A DNA stretch of 64,000 bases from Botryllus schlosseri (lineage: Eukaryota): assembly GCA_051294905.1 (NCBI GenBank), contig CM119373.1, positions 4,962,001-5,026,000 on the forward strand, read 5' to 3'. The notes under the pieces were generated by a model, which had not been told where the DNA came from, did not search any database, and was given only the letters and a program-made list of their open reading frames with translations. Made by a program: the position numbers and the translations under genes. The number at the start of each line of letters is the position of its first letter. Position 1 is the stretch's first letter. This document shows, in pieces, positions 63,544 to 64,000 of the stretch.

Positions 63544-64000
63544 CACTGAAATTTATATGCAATAGTACAAAGCTTATTTTCTTGGTCGCTGCCTTCCGAG
63601 GAGTGTGCACTGTGCAGCTTAAATAGCCTTTATGTTGAGCGATGCTTGAAGTTTTTCTCAATTCCGCCCTCCCTTGACCGAGTGTTTCGTGTTTTTGTCA
63701 TAAGACCGACTTCAATTGAAACTTTTAAACTCGGCGACATGTTCGGCAAAAACTGAAAGGACGGGTTTACCCCTGACTCCAGTTGACGAATATTTAGTGC
63801 GCTAAATTCTAAACCTAAACCTTCTTCGAATTTCAGTTTTCGGCTTTATTTTTTTGGCTTGCGCGGTAATCCTTTATGGGTGATAGATATGATGAGTCAT
63901 ATAGTAATCGTGACCACTGATTGACTTGTTTTACGAATTAAGGATTTGGAAACGTGTCACGTAATCAATTGAAACACATTCCGTATGATGCGTAATGCGA

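Overview
Eukaryotic (invertebrate animal-like) DNA made up almost entirely of nested transposable elements. I found no intact host gene, no prokaryotic operon and no CRISPR array. The most notable element is a 5.8-kb LTR element (18567-24378) with identical 332-bp LTRs, a 4-bp TSD, PBS and PPT. It encodes Gag and a herpes-gB/class III-like envelope glycoprotein but has no RT, RNase H or integrase core. Its env is split from the transmembrane anchor by a 59-nt GT..AG segment carrying the stop codon and AATAAA. Other elements: an apparently intact piggyBac (26331-29697); a full-length R4/Dong RLE retrotransposon in a (TAA)n tract with a 13-bp TSD; a gag-less Gypsy element whose PBS runs about 39 nt into tRNA-Leu; a decayed PIF/Harbinger; LINE fragments (L2, CR1/Crack, RTE, I/Jockey-like); tRNA-derived SINEs; many hAT MITEs with 8-bp TSDs; a degraded 28S rRNA fragment; and faint NACHT/NLR-like pseudogene remnants. 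Family assignments come from motif recognition by eye, not database searches.
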